37,376 nucleotides of DNA from a virus. A model generated the notes under the pieces. It was not told the DNA's origin, made no database searches, and saw only the letters and a list, made by a program, of their open reading frames with translations. The stretch lies in the IMG/VR virus record IMGVR_UViG_3300027632_000001, positions 1 through 37,376 of that record; one strand, given 5' to 3'. Both the position numbers and the translations under genes were made by a program. The stretch's first letter is position 1; every line of letters starts with the position of its first letter. Shown here one piece after another: positions 8,444-18,072 of the stretch.

Positions 8444-8940
8444 CAGGGTCGAGTGCTCTAGCTACAGGCTTGTCCGTTGGCGGCGGTCTCCTCGGAGCCA
8501 TCGGCCAGAATCAAGCCATCAAAGCAGCGCAGCGTGCCGACGTTGAAGCGACGCAGCGCCAGCAGTTACAGATTCAACAACAGCAGACCGCACGCGAAGT
8601 AGACGTCAACCGTGAGGCGCGTAAGGAAGCGGCACGTCGGCGCGTAGCATCTGGTGAGGCGGGTCTTGGTGGGCTCACTACAGACAGACTCCTCCGTGAC
8701 GTTGGTTTCCAGGCGGGACTAGACACCGCCCGCTCCCGGCAGACCGCGGAACAGCGTGTTTCGGAAGCTCAAGGCGGCCTCGAGGGTCGTACTTCCCAGC
8801 GTTCTTCCCAGATCATCTCGCCTCTAGAGATGGGCCTAACTGCTGCAACCCAATTACAAGGCCTCAAGCTAGGCCGCAAAGGAGCATCCAATGCCTCAAA
8901 AGGTAACAAGAAGGGTAAGCGCCCAACCGGTCGCTCGTAG
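8404..8940 (+). CDS. Internal virion protein (gp14 position)
   Basis: 178 aa. Gly/Ala-rich hydrophobic N-terminus, then a Q/R-rich coil. Overlaps neighbours by 40 and 50 nt. Positional call. Confidence 0.55.
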   Translation: MCTPAILPALGSLTGSSALATGLSVGGGLLGAIGQNQAIKAAQRADVEATQRQQLQIQQQQTAREVDVNREARKEAARRRVASGEAGLGGLTTDRLLRDVGFQAGLDTARSRQTAEQRVSEAQGGLEGRTSQRSSQIISPLEMGLTAATQLQGLKLGRKGASNASKGNKKGKRPTGRS

Positions 8941-10864
8941 CTTCGTCCAGCCTTCGGGCCTGGCTGTGACTGCGCAGCCTGTTCGAGCGCTGACAGATCC
9001 TAGTGCTGGCACTAAGCTCACACGCCTAGCGGGCGCTTTCGGTAAAGCAGGTGGCGCCCTCCAAACTCTCGTGGCAAAGCAAGACGAGAGGGAAGAAGCC
9101 CGTGGTCGTACCGCGGCGCAGGAAGGCACCAGCTTGGCTGATATCGAAGACGTCAGTGAGCGTTTCCGGGTAGGCTACCGTGCTGCCCAGGGGAAGCTTC
9201 AAGCTAACGAGAAGCTCCGTGAGCTTCGCGCCGAACTTCAGACCAACAAACACGACCCTGACTACGACTTTGAGTCCGCGGCCCAGGCTGCTTTCAAGTC
9301 AGTTCAGGATATGGAGGGCTACGCTGAGTCCCCCGAAGAGTATCAATTCACCCTAGCCAACCAGCTGAACGCTGGTATCGAGAACCTGCGTAGTTCTGCA
9401 TCTGCTGTTAAGGCTGAGGCCACGCAGGAGCAGGCGTTGCAGACCACCCTCACCAACGCTAGCGCTGCGCTGCGGAACCTCGGTTCTGCTGGCGAGCTCA
9501 ACGCTGCGTTCCAGGGGATCTTCTCTGAAGCTAGGTCCTTAGGAATAGACCCCGCCGAGTTTAACCGCTGGCGCGTAGGTCAGTTGGAAGTACTAGCCGA
9601 AGAGCGGAACGACCCTGGTGTCTTCCAGGCTGCGGAGCTAGCGGATTCCAACGGAGCCAAACTTTCAGACCATCCCACGTTTGGTCCCCGCATCCGTGCG
9701 GCGCAGGCTCAGGCGAAAGCTCGGGCAGCGTCGAGAGCGGCTTCGGCTCGACTGAGCGATGTGGGCTTCCGGCTCAAGCTTCAGAGGGAGCAGCTGGAAG
9801 GTACACTGACGACAGACAAGGTAGAGGCATACAGCGAGGCAGGCTTCATCACTGAGAAGGAGCAGCTCCGCTATATGCTGGACATCCAAGAGAGTGGCAT
9901 CCGACAGGAGAAGGCAGCGCAAAGAGCTGAGACCCTGCTGTCTGGCGCCTACGGCTTGCCTACCAAAGAGTATGATGCTGACTTTGATCTGCTCTTGCAG
10001 AACACCCCGCCGGAGGAAAGGACCCAAACGCAGCTTGCGTTGTTGGCTACTAATGGTAGAATGCCTACCTCACTGAAGAAGCGTCTGGCTAATCAGGCGG
10101 CCTCGACTAACCCTGAAGCTGTGCAGACCGCGTACTCAGAGTACAAGGCGATGCAAGCCCAGGTGCCGGCTGTTGCTTCTCAACTAGATGAGAAGACGCG
10201 AGGACGTATGGAGGTACTGGACGTACTGCTCTCCGCGCATGATGGTTCGTTTGACGCTGCCTATGGTGATCTGGACAAGGTTCAGGAGAACCTGCCTACC
10301 GCTCGTAAGGAGGTAATGGGTAGGGACGCTCGCCGGAAGATAGGGAAGACTGTGCGCAGCTTTAAGGGCGGCGACAACATCGAGACGAGGAAGTACATCG
10401 AAAGTCGGGCTACACAGCTCATCGCCACTGGGCGGTACGGAGCTGACGAAGCGATCGAGAAGGCTGAAGAGATGTACGAGGCAAGTACTACGGTAATAGG
10501 AGGCCGTGTGGTGCCTAATTCTGATATCTACCCGCTCTGGCAGGACAAGGATATCGAGAGGTATACTGTCCGCAAAGTAGTCCCCCGGCTCCTAGCGGAG
10601 AAGGGACTGTCTGTGGATCCTGACGTATACTCGTATCAACCAGAGACCCTAGGCGGACAGCAGACCATAGCTGTCTACACTGATGAAGGTAGGTTCGTGA
10701 TGCGCCTAGACGCTGAGGCCCTGACTAGAGAGGGCGCAGAGAAGCAGGCGAGTAAGCGGAGGGCTGCCGAGCGCAAGCGGCGGGAAGCTTTTGAAGAAGA
10801 GCGAGCCCGGTTAGAAGACAAGCGTAAGCGCGATGCGTTCACACGTAGACGTGGCCCACGTTAG
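8891..10864 (+). CDS. Internal virion/core protein (gp15 position)
   Basis: 657 aa, alpha-helical and charged. AAAGGAG RBS before ATG 8891. Positional call. Confidence 0.65.
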   Translation: MPQKVTRRVSAQPVARSFVQPSGLAVTAQPVRALTDPSAGTKLTRLAGAFGKAGGALQTLVAKQDEREEARGRTAAQEGTSLADIEDVSERFRVGYRAAQGKLQANEKLRELRAELQTNKHDPDYDFESAAQAAFKSVQDMEGYAESPEEYQFTLANQLNAGIENLRSSASAVKAEATQEQALQTTLTNASAALRNLGSAGELNAAFQGIFSEARSLGIDPAEFNRWRVGQLEVLAEERNDPGVFQAAELADSNGAKLSDHPTFGPRIRAAQAQAKARAASRAASARLSDVGFRLKLQREQLEGTLTTDKVEAYSEAGFITEKEQLRYMLDIQESGIRQEKAAQRAETLLSGAYGLPTKEYDADFDLLLQNTPPEERTQTQLALLATNGRMPTSLKKRLANQAASTNPEAVQTAYSEYKAMQAQVPAVASQLDEKTRGRMEVLDVLLSAHDGSFDAAYGDLDKVQENLPTARKEVMGRDARRKIGKTVRSFKGGDNIETRKYIESRATQLIATGRYGADEAIEKAEEMYEASTTVIGGRVVPNSDIYPLWQDKDIERYTVRKVVPRLLAEKGLSVDPDVYSYQPETLGGQQTIAVYTDEGRFVMRLDAEALTREGAEKQASKRRAAERKRREAFEEERARLEDKRKRDAFTRRRGPR

Positions 10865-10890
10865 AAACAAACCCAAAGAGGAAACTTCCC

Positions 10891-13800
10891 ATGCCTGCAA
10901 ATCCCTTCGGTATAATTACCGACATCCCCGAAGACGTGGGAATCCTCACTCCGACAGAAACTGATGCACCACTCTCCGCCGATCCTGCTATGAGAGCTAT
11001 CCAGCTTGAGCAGGGTCGGGGAGTGGGGCAGCGGGCGGAGGATGCCTTCAAACTCGAAAACACATTAGCGGCAGGATACCGCTACCTAACAACCCCCCAA
11101 GCAAAGGAAGACCCCGAGTGGGGGATCACGTCGGACCGCGTGGCTGAGGATGCTAAATCCTTGGACGTGCCGTCCGGCCAACTTGATTATTTCTGGGAGC
11201 AGGCAGGCGATGCCGTCTCAGAGGAAGACTATCAGACTAAGCTGGATCGCTACGTAGAGATGAGCGAAGCTGAGTCGCGTATGTCTGAGTTGGGTCTAGG
11301 CGCCAACATTGCCCTTCGGGGTGGTGCGGCTATCCTTGATCCCGCCATGCTAGTAGGCGGCGCTGCGGCGTACAAAGCTTTCCGTATCGGGAAGATCGCT
11401 GATCGCATGCGTAGGGCCCAGGCCACTGCGGTAGTTGCGGGCACCGAGTCCGGTATCCAGGAAGCTATCGTAGGTTCGGACAACCCGACCCGCTCCATCG
11501 CTGATGTGGCACTAGCCACGGCAGCTGGGGCAGCCTTAGGTGCAGCCGGAGAAGCAGCCGCTGGGCTCTTCCGCTCGGCCCGCCAGTCAGCTGACGCAGC
11601 TACGGACCAGCTTGGGGAGATTGCCTCCACCGAGAACATCTACAAGCTAGTAGACGAGGTTCCCTCTGAGCAGACCGGCCCGCGTTACGTGGACTTGTCT
11701 GAGGATGGGACACCGGTAGTCACCACTGCGAAGCTTGAGGACGTACCTGAGGCCACCCCCTTAGGTCTTGAGGAGTTACCTGAGGGCAGCCAAAAGATCC
11801 TTGGGGCTATCCCTGAGGCGCCTATGGCTCGCTTCACTGGTGCGCGCTTCGACAGTCTTCGGCATCTCCTTGGGTCGCCTTCGGGTGCCGTAAGGGGCCT
11901 TGGGTCCAGGCTCTTCCCTGAGCACATTGGATTCAAGGATGCTGGCTACGCTCAACGCGGTACTGCTACAGAGCTTCAGAACCAGATGTTCGCCCAGTTC
12001 GCTGTGCCTGCTAACCGTGCCTACAAGGCTGGTTGGCGTGTATTCGCAGAGAACAACGGCATCAAGCGCCCGGCCCTAGCTCTGAAGGCTAGGAACGACT
12101 TCGCCTCTCGCGTGACTAACGCCGTACGTGGCATCGCTGAGACCGACCCGAGCGTTAATGCTGTCGCTAAGACTGTCCGGACCCAACTGTCGGACATGCT
12201 TGCTGAAGGCAAGAGGGCTGGCATCTTCGATGACGGCATACCTGACAACCCTAACTACATCCCCCGTCTGTTTGACGGGACAAAGATCAACCGCTTCCGC
12301 TCCGAGTTCGGCGATGCAGGACTCATCAACATGGTGCGCAACGCACTGAATGAAGGGAGCCCAGAGCTCGCCACCCTGACAGCCAAGATTCGACAGGCTG
12401 ACGGAACTATGGTAGACGTGTCCGTCTTGGACAAAGTCGCCCGTGGCTACGTCCGCTCGATTTCGCGTAGGGCTGAAGGCTTGGACTCTGGTCTAGCACA
12501 TGGCTTGCCCGTTGACGATGTGGACATCATGGCTGATGTCTTGCGTCAGGCAGGCATCACTGACGAAGAGACGATCGATGGTCTGCTCCAAGGGATCAAG
12601 AAGAACATCGCGAAGGAGTCCCGCATCTCTAACGCCAAGCGTAGGCTTGACATCAGCGAGACCTCTGCCCTGACGATGAAGGATCTTACAGGAGCCGAAC
12701 GTCGTGTCTCCATGGCCGACATCCTCGAGAACAACATCGAGGTAGTCATGCAGCGCTACGGCCGACGCGTCTCTGGTGCGATCGCACTGAAGGATCGTAT
12801 CGGTATCACTGGCACATCCGCGGACCTGTCGCGCCTCTCTGATGAGGTACGTGAGTCTGCCCTGCGTGCTGGCGCCAAGGACAAGGAAGCCGACAATGCA
12901 GCCGTGACGGCCGACGCTCTGGTACGCAACATAGCTGGTCTGCCTCAGAAGAACGAGGACCTGACGAGCATCGGAGCCAAATCCTCTTCCGCTATCCGAG
13001 GGCTTAACTTCCTGCTCTACATGAACCAGGTAGGTTGGGCTTCTGTTGCGGAGTTTGGCATGGTCGCTGCACGCGGAGGGCTTGGTGTCCTCTGGCACGG
13101 CGTGGCTGACTACCGTAAGTTCATCAGGAACGCGAAGACCGGTAAGGTAGAAGACGACGTAGTCGAGTACTTCGAGGAAATGCTTGGTGTTGGTGCAGAT
13201 GATCTGCTCCGCCCATCCAGCAGCTTCTCTCGGTGGGATTCCGCCGGCGATGAGCTGGTCCCCGATGGTCGCTTGGAAGCAGGCTTGCAGGCTGCTCAGA
13301 AGTTCTCCGCCGAGAACATCTCCCTGTTGGGCCGCATGACGCGGTTCCAGCGTAGGCTGTCTTCGTTCGCTATTATCAAGCGCTTCGAGGATCTGGCTCA
13401 CAAGGGTGATGCGCTGGGACGAGGTGAGATCGAGCGACTGGCCACTCAGGGTATCAGCCTTGAGGACGTGGCGAACATCTCTTCTGCTATGAAGAAGCAT
13501 GGGATTACGCTGAAGTCTGGCTACAGGGAGCGGACGTTCCGACGCACGGACCTTGAAGCTTTCGCTAAAGCTTCTCCGGACCTGCACTCGAAGTTCATGA
13601 CGATGGTTCAGCGGGAATCGAACAGGCTTATTCAGGAGTCTGCGGCAGGCAACGTACCCCTATGGGCACACACGAAGCCTGGCTTGTGGAAGCTGATGAG
13701 TCAGTTCATGACCTTCACCGTCAACGCCTACAACATCCACACCCTGTCTGGGGTAGCACGTCGTGACATGCAGACTGCACTAGCGTTCATGTACTCCGCG

Positions 13801-14214
13801 ATGTTTGGGAGCATGGCGTGGGCGATCAGGGAGTCTCTCAACGGGAGAGGTGATCAGATCACGTTGGAGGAGATGGCGAAGCAATCAGTCGCCCGCTCAG
13901 CCTACTCATCTATCGCTCCTCAGGTCGTAGATATGGCGGCGGACCTCACCGTAGGTGAGCCTGTGTTCAACTCAAGGACTACGGGACTGCCTTCTGGTGC
14001 CATAACATCAGTGCCTTCGCTGAAGACTCTGGACAACTTATCCATAGGAGCACAGGGTGCCTTCCAGGCGCTACGTGGCGACGGGTATTCCAGGGAAGCG
14101 TTCCGCGCTTCGGTCGGGAGTGTCCCGTTCCTGAACCAGATATACGGACTCAACTCCGTATTCAACGAGATGGCTGACGACTTACCCTCGCAGAAGGCTT
14201 TGGAGGGGTTCTAG
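10891..14214 (+). CDS. Large internal core/ejection protein (gp16 position)
   Basis: 1107 aa, the largest ORF, directly upstream of the fiber module. No obvious transglycosylase motif seen. Confidence 0.7.
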   Translation: MPANPFGIITDIPEDVGILTPTETDAPLSADPAMRAIQLEQGRGVGQRAEDAFKLENTLAAGYRYLTTPQAKEDPEWGITSDRVAEDAKSLDVPSGQLDYFWEQAGDAVSEEDYQTKLDRYVEMSEAESRMSELGLGANIALRGGAAILDPAMLVGGAAAYKAFRIGKIADRMRRAQATAVVAGTESGIQEAIVGSDNPTRSIADVALATAAGAALGAAGEAAAGLFRSARQSADAATDQLGEIASTENIYKLVDEVPSEQTGPRYVDLSEDGTPVVTTAKLEDVPEATPLGLEELPEGSQKILGAIPEAPMARFTGARFDSLRHLLGSPSGAVRGLGSRLFPEHIGFKDAGYAQRGTATELQNQMFAQFAVPANRAYKAGWRVFAENNGIKRPALALKARNDFASRVTNAVRGIAETDPSVNAVAKTVRTQLSDMLAEGKRAGIFDDGIPDNPNYIPRLFDGTKINRFRSEFGDAGLINMVRNALNEGSPELATLTAKIRQADGTMVDVSVLDKVARGYVRSISRRAEGLDSGLAHGLPVDDVDIMADVLRQAGITDEETIDGLLQGIKKNIAKESRISNAKRRLDISETSALTMKDLTGAERRVSMADILENNIEVVMQRYGRRVSGAIALKDRIGITGTSADLSRLSDEVRESALRAGAKDKEADNAAVTADALVRNIAGLPQKNEDLTSIGAKSSSAIRGLNFLLYMNQVGWASVAEFGMVAARGGLGVLWHGVADYRKFIRNAKTGKVEDDVVEYFEEMLGVGADDLLRPSSSFSRWDSAGDELVPDGRLEAGLQAAQKFSAENISLLGRMTRFQRRLSSFAIIKRFEDLAHKGDALGRGEIERLATQGISLEDVANISSAMKKHGITLKSGYRERTFRRTDLEAFAKASPDLHSKFMTMVQRESNRLIQESAAGNVPLWAHTKPGLWKLMSQFMTFTVNAYNIHTLSGVARRDMQTALAFMYSAMFGSMAWAIRESLNGRGDQITLEEMAKQSVARSAYSSIAPQVVDMAADLTVGEPVFNSRTTGLPSGAITSVPSLKTLDNLSIGAQGAFQALRGDGYSREAFRASVGSVPFLNQIYGLNSVFNEMADDLPSQKALEGF

Positions 14215-14219
14215 CAGGG

Positions 14220-14246
14220 AGGAGACTCCAAGGATGGAGTCCTCCT
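14220..14246 (+). promoter_or_regulatory. GGA-loop hairpin (CCAAGGATGG core), CsrA/Rsm-type site
   Basis: Stem of 7 bp, a 1-nt bulge, then 4 bp around loop AGGA/AAGGAT. 6 nt after the gp16-like stop. Confidence 0.6.
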
Positions 14247-14262
14247 TCCAACAGGAGACTTA

Positions 14263-14793
14263 ATGAATACGATAATTGAAACCAAGGTCCTCACGTCCAA
14301 CGGCGTAGAGCACCTAACGCCTAACCGGCGTGAGATTGCTCCGGACGTCACTGCGTCTGCGGATGGCCTACCTTCGACCTTCCCGGCAGAGACGGCGCTT
14401 ATCCAAGGATCGGCCTCCGGGCTCCAATACACTACGGGTGGTGGCAACTTCTTAGTGCAGCTAGGCTGGGATGGCGGCTTCCAAACTACAGGATATAGCT
14501 CAGTATGCGTTCTCACCAACGCCACCGGCGTCTTCGCTGAGACAATGACTACGGGTATGCACGTCCATATGAATGTAGCCACGCGGGTGCTTACAGCTAG
14601 TCTGCTAATTATCAAAGTTGACGAGACCACGAACACCTACGTCTTCCGTATCAACTGTTTCTACGAAGATGGGGAGTGGGCTGGTGTATCTGCAGGAAGC
14701 GTGGCCTTAGCGCAGCCTGCGTCTAGGGTTCGTCTGCTCGGATCAGGAGGATCCACTTACAACCATACCTCGCTTAGTCTCACCTACCAATAG
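14263..14793 (+). CDS. Fiber-tip-domain paralog A (176 aa)
   Basis: Shares LG..(F)QTTGY ... RVRL ... L.L.Y-stop pattern with 14807 gene and the tail fiber C-terminus. GGAGA RBS. Confidence 0.7.
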   Translation: MNTIIETKVLTSNGVEHLTPNRREIAPDVTASADGLPSTFPAETALIQGSASGLQYTTGGGNFLVQLGWDGGFQTTGYSSVCVLTNATGVFAETMTTGMHVHMNVATRVLTASLLIIKVDETTNTYVFRINCFYEDGEWAGVSAGSVALAQPASRVRLLGSGGSTYNHTSLSLTYQ

Positions 14794-14806
14794 AAAGGAA
14801 TACGTA

Positions 14807-15313
14807 ATGCCTAACTCTGTAATCATTAATACTATCTATACTCCTAATCACCAGGAGAAATACAAGCCTACATCTGAGTCACCCATCAATGTCGCGGGAC
14901 TCACCGAGGCTGACTTCCTTCACATCCCTGCATATGCTCAGCGAATTTACCTGGCCTACCACAGTATCGTCTCCACGGACGCCTTTACGGTTACCTTGGG
15001 GGACGAGGACTCGTTCAAGACCACGGGGTATAACTGGAACTCCGCTAGGCTCACTGCCACAATCACCATGGCAGCGTCCACGGCAGGGTTCGAGATCCCG
15101 ACGGAAACCCCACCTCTCTTCAGTAACGGAATCCTCGAACTACAGCGGGCGACCGCGTCTAACATCTGGGTAGCTAGCCTAGTAAGTAGCTCTAATGTTG
15201 GCATGGTTAGGCAGGGGGCGGGCTCCTTAGATATCGCTAAGCCGTTGACTCGGATTAGATTCTCGAGCACCACCGCACTGACTAGCGGAACGGTGAACAT
15301 CATGTACAGCTAA
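14807..15313 (+). CDS. Fiber-tip-domain paralog B (168 aa)
   Basis: LGDEDSFKTTGY...NIWVASL...GAGSLDIAKPLTRIRF...GTVNIMYS aligns with the fiber C-terminus ...IKTTGY...NNWVSAH...GAGRVTLTGAIDRVNV...GLVKLYYR. Confidence 0.7.
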   Translation: MPNSVIINTIYTPNHQEKYKPTSESPINVAGLTEADFLHIPAYAQRIYLAYHSIVSTDAFTVTLGDEDSFKTTGYNWNSARLTATITMAASTAGFEIPTETPPLFSNGILELQRATASNIWVASLVSSSNVGMVRQGAGSLDIAKPLTRIRFSSTTALTSGTVNIMYS

Positions 15314-15334
15314 CCATAACCCAGGAGACTCTCC

Positions 15335-16714
15335 ATGGCCGTAACCACTCTAGAGACCAAGCTCGCGGAGGTCTCCTATCAAGCTGACGGAGTTGCAACT
15401 AGCTTCTCCGTCACCTTCCCCTACATCGCAAAGACCCACGTCAGTGTGAAGATCAATGGTGTGGTTGACGCCACCTTCACCTGGCCTTCAGACAGCACAG
15501 TCCAACCGACCAGCACCCCCGCCAACGGCGCGGTCGTGCGTATCGAGCGGACCACACCGACAGCTGCCCGGCTGGTAGACTTCCAGGACGCCACTGTCCT
15601 TGACGCCGCTACCCTAGACCTAGACAGCAACGACACGTTCTACGTAGCCCAGGAAGTTGTAGACGAGCTAGAGAACAACCTTGGCCTCACCACCGCTGGC
15701 ACCGAGTGGGACGCAGACAGCAAGCGCATCTCCAATGCAGCTGCCGGCACCGCCAGCACAGACCTAGTCACCAAGGCACAGCTCGACGCTGTCGTGGTTA
15801 CTAGCGGCAACGTCCCTACTCCTGGTAACCCTGCGGATAACGGCAAGGCTCTCGTGGCTTCTGCTGGTTCCTACTCGTGGACTCAGCTGTCCACAGCTAG
15901 CCTGAGCGAAACCTTCTCGGCTTACTCGTTGACCGTCCTTGACGACGCTGATGCGAATGCCGCCAAGGCTACCCTTGAGGTCACCACAGCTTCCACAGGT
16001 TCCATGGTTCTGCCCGTAGGTACCACAGCTCAGCGTGATGCCACGCCTGCTGAGGGATACCTCCGGCTCAACTCGACCACCAACGAGCTCGAAGTCTATG
16101 AGAGTGCCGCATGGCGCAACGTTAGGCGGGATCAGCTTTCCACAGGTTCCACAGGTTCTATCACCACACCTTCAGGTACCACAGCTCAGCGTGACGGTTC
16201 GCCTGCCAACGGCTACCTCCGGTACAACACCGACAACTCCATCTTCGAAGGATACGATGGTAGCTGGCGTGAGCTTCCGATGCGCTCTGAGGTTGCCGCC
16301 GAGGACCTTAGTGTATCCACTGGTGGTGTTACTTGGGCTGGCATTCCTGCCGGCACGAAGGAGATCAGTGTTGTCTTCTACGCTGTCAGCACCACGACAG
16401 GTGTAGACCCTCAGGTTCGCCTGGGTACGGGTGGTGTGATTAAGACCACAGGCTACGAGAGTCGCTCAACTGGCGTGAACTCGACAGGCGGCTTCGTAAT
16501 CAACTCCGACTCCTCGGGCAACACCATCAACGCCATCATGGACTTAAAGCTCGTGAGCGGCAACAACTGGGTATCGGCGCACTCCGCTTACGATGGCGAT
16601 GCGACCGACTTCACAGGAGCCGGTAGGGTTACCCTGACTGGTGCGATTGATCGTGTCAACGTGTACACCTCCGCGGCCTTCGATAACGGCCTCGTTAAAC
16701 TCTACTACCGATAG
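15335..16714 (+). CDS. Tail fiber, T7 gp17-like N-terminal adaptor domain
   Basis: 459 aa. SFSVTFPYIAKTHVSVKINGV...RLVDFQDATVLDAATLDLD...DADSKRISNAA...DLVTKAQL parallels the T7 gp17 N-terminal domain. Confidence 0.88.
   Translation: MAVTTLETKLAEVSYQADGVATSFSVTFPYIAKTHVSVKINGVVDATFTWPSDSTVQPTSTPANGAVVRIERTTPTAARLVDFQDATVLDAATLDLDSNDTFYVAQEVVDELENNLGLTTAGTEWDADSKRISNAAAGTASTDLVTKAQLDAVVVTSGNVPTPGNPADNGKALVASAGSYSWTQLSTASLSETFSAYSLTVLDDADANAAKATLEVTTASTGSMVLPVGTTAQRDATPAEGYLRLNSTTNELEVYESAAWRNVRRDQLSTGSTGSITTPSGTTAQRDGSPANGYLRYNTDNSIFEGYDGSWRELPMRSEVAAEDLSVSTGGVTWAGIPAGTKEISVVFYAVSTTTGVDPQVRLGTGGVIKTTGYESRSTGVNSTGGFVINSDSSGNTINAIMDLKLVSGNNWVSAHSAYDGDATDFTGAGRVTLTGAIDRVNVYTSAAFDNGLVKLYYR
15991..16227 (+). 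repeat. Two tandem 52-codon fiber repeats (...GTTAQRD..PA.GYLR.N...)
   Basis: 20-mer GGTACCACAGCTCAGCGTGA at 16019 and 16175 (156 nt apart) within longer similar blocks. Confidence 0.85.
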
Positions 16715-16725
16715 GAGTACAGACC

Positions 16726-17163
16726 TTGACCCTACGCACCAAAACCATTGACCTGAGTCTAGCCGCGGCCGACCCAAGGCGTGTTGTGATCGTCGAGGAG
16801 ACTGCCGAAGAAGAGTCCGCTCGTCTGCTCGCAGAGTCTATCGACCGAGCACCTGGCGGCGTTCTCCGCGAACAGCTAAAGGCCAACCTCAAGACAGCCG
16901 CAGCTGACATCCTGCTCGCCTCGTTCCCTGCATGGAAGCAGCGCAACTTCACCTTCCGGTACTTCGAGTTGACTCAGCTGGCCACTAGGACCGCCTCTGA
17001 GGAAGCCGAGCGTAACCACATCGCTGCCTGTTGGCAGTGGGCGAAGGACGTAGTAGCTGTAGGCAACGCAGCTGAGGAAGCTGTAGATGTCGCGGCCTCC
17101 TATGAGCTGGCTGCCGCTATCAAACTAACATGCCCTGGCTTCCCTGAGCCGGCATCCTTCTAA
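16726..17163 (+). CDS. Hypothetical protein (145 aa), TTG start
   Basis: TTG 8 nt after AGGAG (16713-16717). Follows the fiber gene. No motif recognised. Confidence 0.5.
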   Translation: MTLRTKTIDLSLAAADPRRVVIVEETAEEESARLLAESIDRAPGGVLREQLKANLKTAAADILLASFPAWKQRNFTFRYFELTQLATRTASEEAERNHIAACWQWAKDVVAVGNAAEEAVDVAASYELAAAIKLTCPGFPEPASF

Positions 17164-17170
17164 CCCTAAC

Positions 17171-17186
17171 GAGCCCTGAGGGGCTC
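17171..17186 (+). other. Hairpin GAGCCC-TGAG-GGGCTC
   Basis: 6-bp stem 8 nt after the stop of the 16726 gene. Confidence 0.5.
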
Positions 17187-17248
17187 TCTAAGACGCCTTT
17201 GGATTCCTTAGCTGTCTTAGACAACCCCTCAACCCTAGGTACAACACC

Positions 17249-17497
17249 ATGACACCCTCTCCCCCGACCCCTGGGTATCAGACCGACCCCGAGGTCGTCC
17301 GCTCTCTTGGACGCATCGAGGGTCAGCTGGTAGCCATGAATGAAGCAACCAAGCGCGTAGCTATGGTTCTACAGAATCACGACACGGACATCTCCCAGCT
17401 ACAGGTATTCCGAGGAAGAGTCTTCGGGCTGGCCGCTGCGCTCCCCATCATCGCCACACTGGCCGGTATCATCGCCGACATGGCAGGACTATTCTAA
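17249..17497 (+). CDS. Small protein with C-terminal transmembrane segment (82 aa)
   Basis: C-terminal VFGLAAALPIIATLAGIIADMAGLF. TAATG overlap with the next gene. Confidence 0.6.
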   Translation: MTPSPPTPGYQTDPEVVRSLGRIEGQLVAMNEATKRVAMVLQNHDTDISQLQVFRGRVFGLAAALPIIATLAGIIADMAGLF

Positions 17498-17799
17498 TGA
17501 GTATCAAGGATAAGGCAGTTGACGCCCTAGACAACATGAAGGCCAACCGTGAGGCAGACGCCAAGCGTGACTCCCTCTGGGAGATGCAGGCCCTCAAGGA
17601 TGCCGCAGCTTCCTGGAAGGATGAGCTGTTCACCGTCGCTTTCATCGTAATCCTCCTGGCTCCCCTCGTGGTATCCGAGAGTCAACTTCAGGTGGCCGTA
17701 GCTTTCTATGGTGGTCTTCCGCTGTGGCTGTCCGGCTGCATAGGTGGCGCCGTTAGTGCTAGCTTTGGCATCAGCGTGTGGAAGAAATTCAAGAGGTAG
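17497..17799 (+). CDS. Holin candidate (100 aa, two predicted TM segments)
   Basis: LFTVAFIVILLAPLVV and LPLWLSGCIGGAVSASFGISVW followed by KKFKR. T7 17.5-like position. Confidence 0.5.
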   Translation: MSIKDKAVDALDNMKANREADAKRDSLWEMQALKDAAASWKDELFTVAFIVILLAPLVVSESQLQVAVAFYGGLPLWLSGCIGGAVSASFGISVWKKFKR

Positions 17800-17802
17800 A
17801 CC

Positions 17803-18063
17803 ATGTCCAAAGCCGCAACACAAGAACAGATCGAAGCCTTGCACGGTGAGATCGCCAAAGCCCTGATGGTACAGCTCCGGGAGAATCCCACGGGCAGCAT
17901 CATCACGTCCGCCATCAACTTCGTCAAGCTCCACACTGTGGAAGTAGAAGACGAGGAGCCTGAGGAAGAGCCCGCAGCTCCCAAAGCTCCTAAGCGTAAA
18001 CCGAAGAAGCAGTCCATGGCAGGACTTGCAGACGAGCTAGAGGCAGCCTTAGGCGCCCGCTAG
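17803..18063 (+). CDS. terS: Putative small terminase subunit (gp18 position)
   Basis: 86 aa, directly upstream of the large terminase. Size is like T7 gp18. Positional call only. Confidence 0.45.
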   Translation: MSKAATQEQIEALHGEIAKALMVQLRENPTGSIITSAINFVKLHTVEVEDEEPEEEPAAPKAPKRKPKKQSMAGLADELEAALGAR

Positions 18064-18072
18064 CCAACCCCA

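Noticed and set aside
7946-8940. Long gene overlaps (40 nt between 7946/8404, 50 nt between 8404/8891) as evidence of programmed frameshifting.
   Set aside because: Each downstream gene has its own start, and 8891 has an AAAGGAG RBS. No slippery motif was noticed. Overlaps of this size are common in compact phage genomes.
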